NCBI GenBank assembly: GCA_964492425.1
Contig: CAZBKB010000007.1
Span: 1 to 50,082 of the forward strand
Reading direction: 5' to 3'
From: an uncultured Gammaproteobacteria bacterium
GTDB lineage: Bacteria; Patescibacteriota; Microgenomatia; Curtissbacterales; GWA2-41-24
DNA: 50,082 nucleotides
Below are positions 48,558 to 50,082 of this stretch, in pieces. A model generated the notes under the pieces. It had not been told where the DNA came from and did not search any database. It saw only the letters and a program-made list of their open reading frames with translations. The first letter of the stretch is position 1. Every line of letters starts with the position of its first letter. The position numbers were made by a program, and so were the translations under genes.

Positions 48558-48613
48558 CCCTCCGTAGCTTTCTGGTTATCCTAAGCTTTAGCGCAGGATA
48601 AAGCGAAGGAGGG
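48558..48613. repeat. Nested REP-like palindromes (family B inside family B)
   Basis: ccctccgtagcttt[...tatcctaagctttagcgcaggata...]agcgaaggaggg. Confidence 0.65.
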
Positions 48614-48655
48614 AAATCACCACGAAACAAATTCTACAAAAATTGCTTGGAAATT

Positions 48656-49177
48656 TCAACTAACACCAACAGCAGATAAAACAGGCTCTCTTTCCTCCAT
48701 TGCAAACTCATCCATTAACTTTCCGATCAGATTTCCTGTGGCAGTCCTAACGTTCACGCTGTGTGGCAAAAGCAAAGGATCACTTGATTCTTCCGCAAGA
48801 TCCAAACCAATTCGACCGTGCATGGCTCTGGAAAAATAATCACCAAAATTCTCATCACGTGCAGTTGAAAGAACGTGCAAAAGCACACCTCTATCCTTAA
48901 AAACCGTCGTCAACTCTTCTTTAAAATCTTTGTAATTCTGAGCATCTTGCAGCAATCTTAAACGATCTCCCTCCTCATGATTCCTTTCAGTTCGTTGTCT
49001 TTTACCTTTACCCACAACCCTTTCAACCTGAGGCATATGCTGCCTCAGCGTATCATGCAGTGAAATAATGCCGACCAAAGCATGTGCCGCCTCCGGCAAA
49101 AAATCCTCCGCGGTTTCAGGAATAGGCATCGAAGCCACCTGTTCTACAACACCCATATTGTGATTTCTCTCTGTCAT
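48656..49177 (-). CDS. Hypothetical protein between 23S and 5S
   Basis: 173-aa ATG-initiated ORF with protein-like composition; no motif recognised. Confidence 0.65.
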   Translation of the reverse strand: MTERNHNMGVVEQVASMPIPETAEDFLPEAAHALVGIISLHDTLRQHMPQVERVVGKGKRQRTERNHEEGDRLRLLQDAQNYKDFKEELTTVFKDRGVLLHVLSTARDENFGDYFSRAMHGRIGLDLAEESSDPLLLPHSVNVRTATGNLIGKLMDEFAMEEREPVLSAVGVS

Positions 49178-49234
49178 CTTACCAAAAAAAATTCCCCTGC
49201 GGGACTAAGACTAAAAACAGCACTCATGCTATAT

Positions 49235-49465
49235 CTAGCCTCTTCTAATAATATTACTCTTCCTAAATGCTCTGCCTTCACCAAGCGACAAACGAACCAA
49301 GCCATCAGCTCCTCGAATTGTTTGAATTGTTTCATGCAACACATTATGCCGCATCATTTGCCTTCGAGTAGTAGGTCTTGCGAGCACAGGCTCATCACCA
49401 GACCCCCCAGCTATTTTTGGCAAGTCATTCTCCGCACCTATCATTTGTTCTCTATCTTTGCTCAT
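49235..49465 (-). CDS. Small hypothetical protein
   Basis: MSKDREQ..., 76 aa; TTGACA promoter at 49542-49547 whose -10 overlaps the longer ORF start. Confidence 0.45.
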   Translation of the reverse strand: MSKDREQMIGAENDLPKIAGGSGDEPVLARPTTRRQMMRHNVLHETIQTIRGADGLVRLSLGEGRAFRKSNIIRRG

Positions 49466-49556
49466 AAACCAAATAAAAAACACTCTTGGTAGACAAGTAG
49501 TGTTCGTTAATAAGCTCATTTAACACCCACTGCGAGTTCTTTGTCAAGAAGTCGCG

Positions 49557-49629
49557 GTTAGATAGTTAGTAGTTCGATTGCCAGATAGTAAAAACTACCC
49601 AACCATCTATCTACCCAACTACCGAACTA
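49557..49629. repeat. 73-bp octamer-based repeat, intergenic copy
   Basis: Identical to 49856-49928 inside the 23S gene. Confidence 0.9.
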
Positions 49630-49680
49630 TTGTTCTAACGTTTTCAAAACCGAGCGGAAAAGATTGTACTCCGCTCAAAA

Positions 49681-49793
49681 AAGTCAAAATGCAAAATCCA
49701 AAAGTCAAAATTGATGGAGACTTTTCATGAATGAAAAGTTTTTGTCTTAAAAACTTCCACAACTTTTAACTTAGAACTTATAACTTTTAACTT
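49681..49793. repeat. Composite heptamer array / palindrome / heptamer array
   Basis: (tcaaaat)-type units, palindrome acttttcat-ga-atgaaaagt, then (ttttaac)-type units. Confidence 0.6.
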
Positions 49794-49809
49794 CCTTGTG
49801 CGAAGCACA

Positions 49810-50082
49810 AATATATGAGCATTTGATCTATTAGTACACCTTAGCTGAAAAATTAGTTAGATAGTTAGTAGTTCGATTGCCAGATAGTAAAAACTACCCA
49901 ACCATCTATCTACCCAACTACCGAACTAGATTTAACCCTGCGTATGTCGCAGACAACTATTACTAGCTTTACACTTGGTGCCTATCAACCTGGTAGTCTT
50001 CCAGGGATCTATGAGATTTAGTCTTGAGGCCTGTTTGGCGCTTAGATGCTTTCAGCGCTTCTCAGTTACGAACGTAGCTACC
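49810..50082 (-). rRNA. rrl: 23S rRNA, 3' end (partial), with a ~105-nt insertion near helix 101
   Basis: The + strand matches the reverse complement of the conserved 23S 3' region: ATTAGTAC..TTAGCT, TTACAC....CCTATCAAC, GCTTAGATGCTTTCAGC, TAGCTACC. Confidence 0.95.

Noticed and set aside
49557-49928. 73-bp direct repeats as a CRISPR array
   Set aside because: Only two copies, too long, one lies inside 23S rRNA, and no cas genes are in the window.

Overview
This looks like a chromosomal segment of a small-genome bacterium. Gene content and style (ComEA/ComEC, giant S/T-rich surface protein, many orphans, heptamer/octamer repeats inside genes, 23S insertion) suggest Patescibacteria/CPR, Microgenomates-like; this is inference only. 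Contents in order: (1) an array of secreted proteins (LCAT-like lipase, M11-like zinc protease, DUF4185 protein) sharing a C-terminal Cys-bounded tail that resembles the Chloroflexota 'flexitail' domain, with signs of recent gene conversion; (2) a comEA-comEC operon; (3) an F1-type ATPase operon with no subunit a, where the subunit-c position holds a c-like hairpin lacking the ion-binding carboxylate and fused to an exported domain; (4) leuS with three in-frame structured insertions; (5) two tRNA-Ala genes; (6) a 2259-aa MerR-HTH/membrane/fibre protein carrying two copies of the same domain as the c-like fusion; (7) a RAYT transposase with REP-like flanks; (8) housekeeping and envelope genes (obgE, DUF2723, M23/LysM, rho, PIN/TRAM, radA, rpsA); (9) 5S rRNA, a broken partial 5S copy, and the 3' end of 23S rRNA with a repeat-derived insertion. 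The best candidate for an undescribed system is the a-less, carboxylate-less F1/c-ring ATPase linked by a shared domain to the giant fibre protein. All family assignments come from motif recognition by eye; no searches were run.
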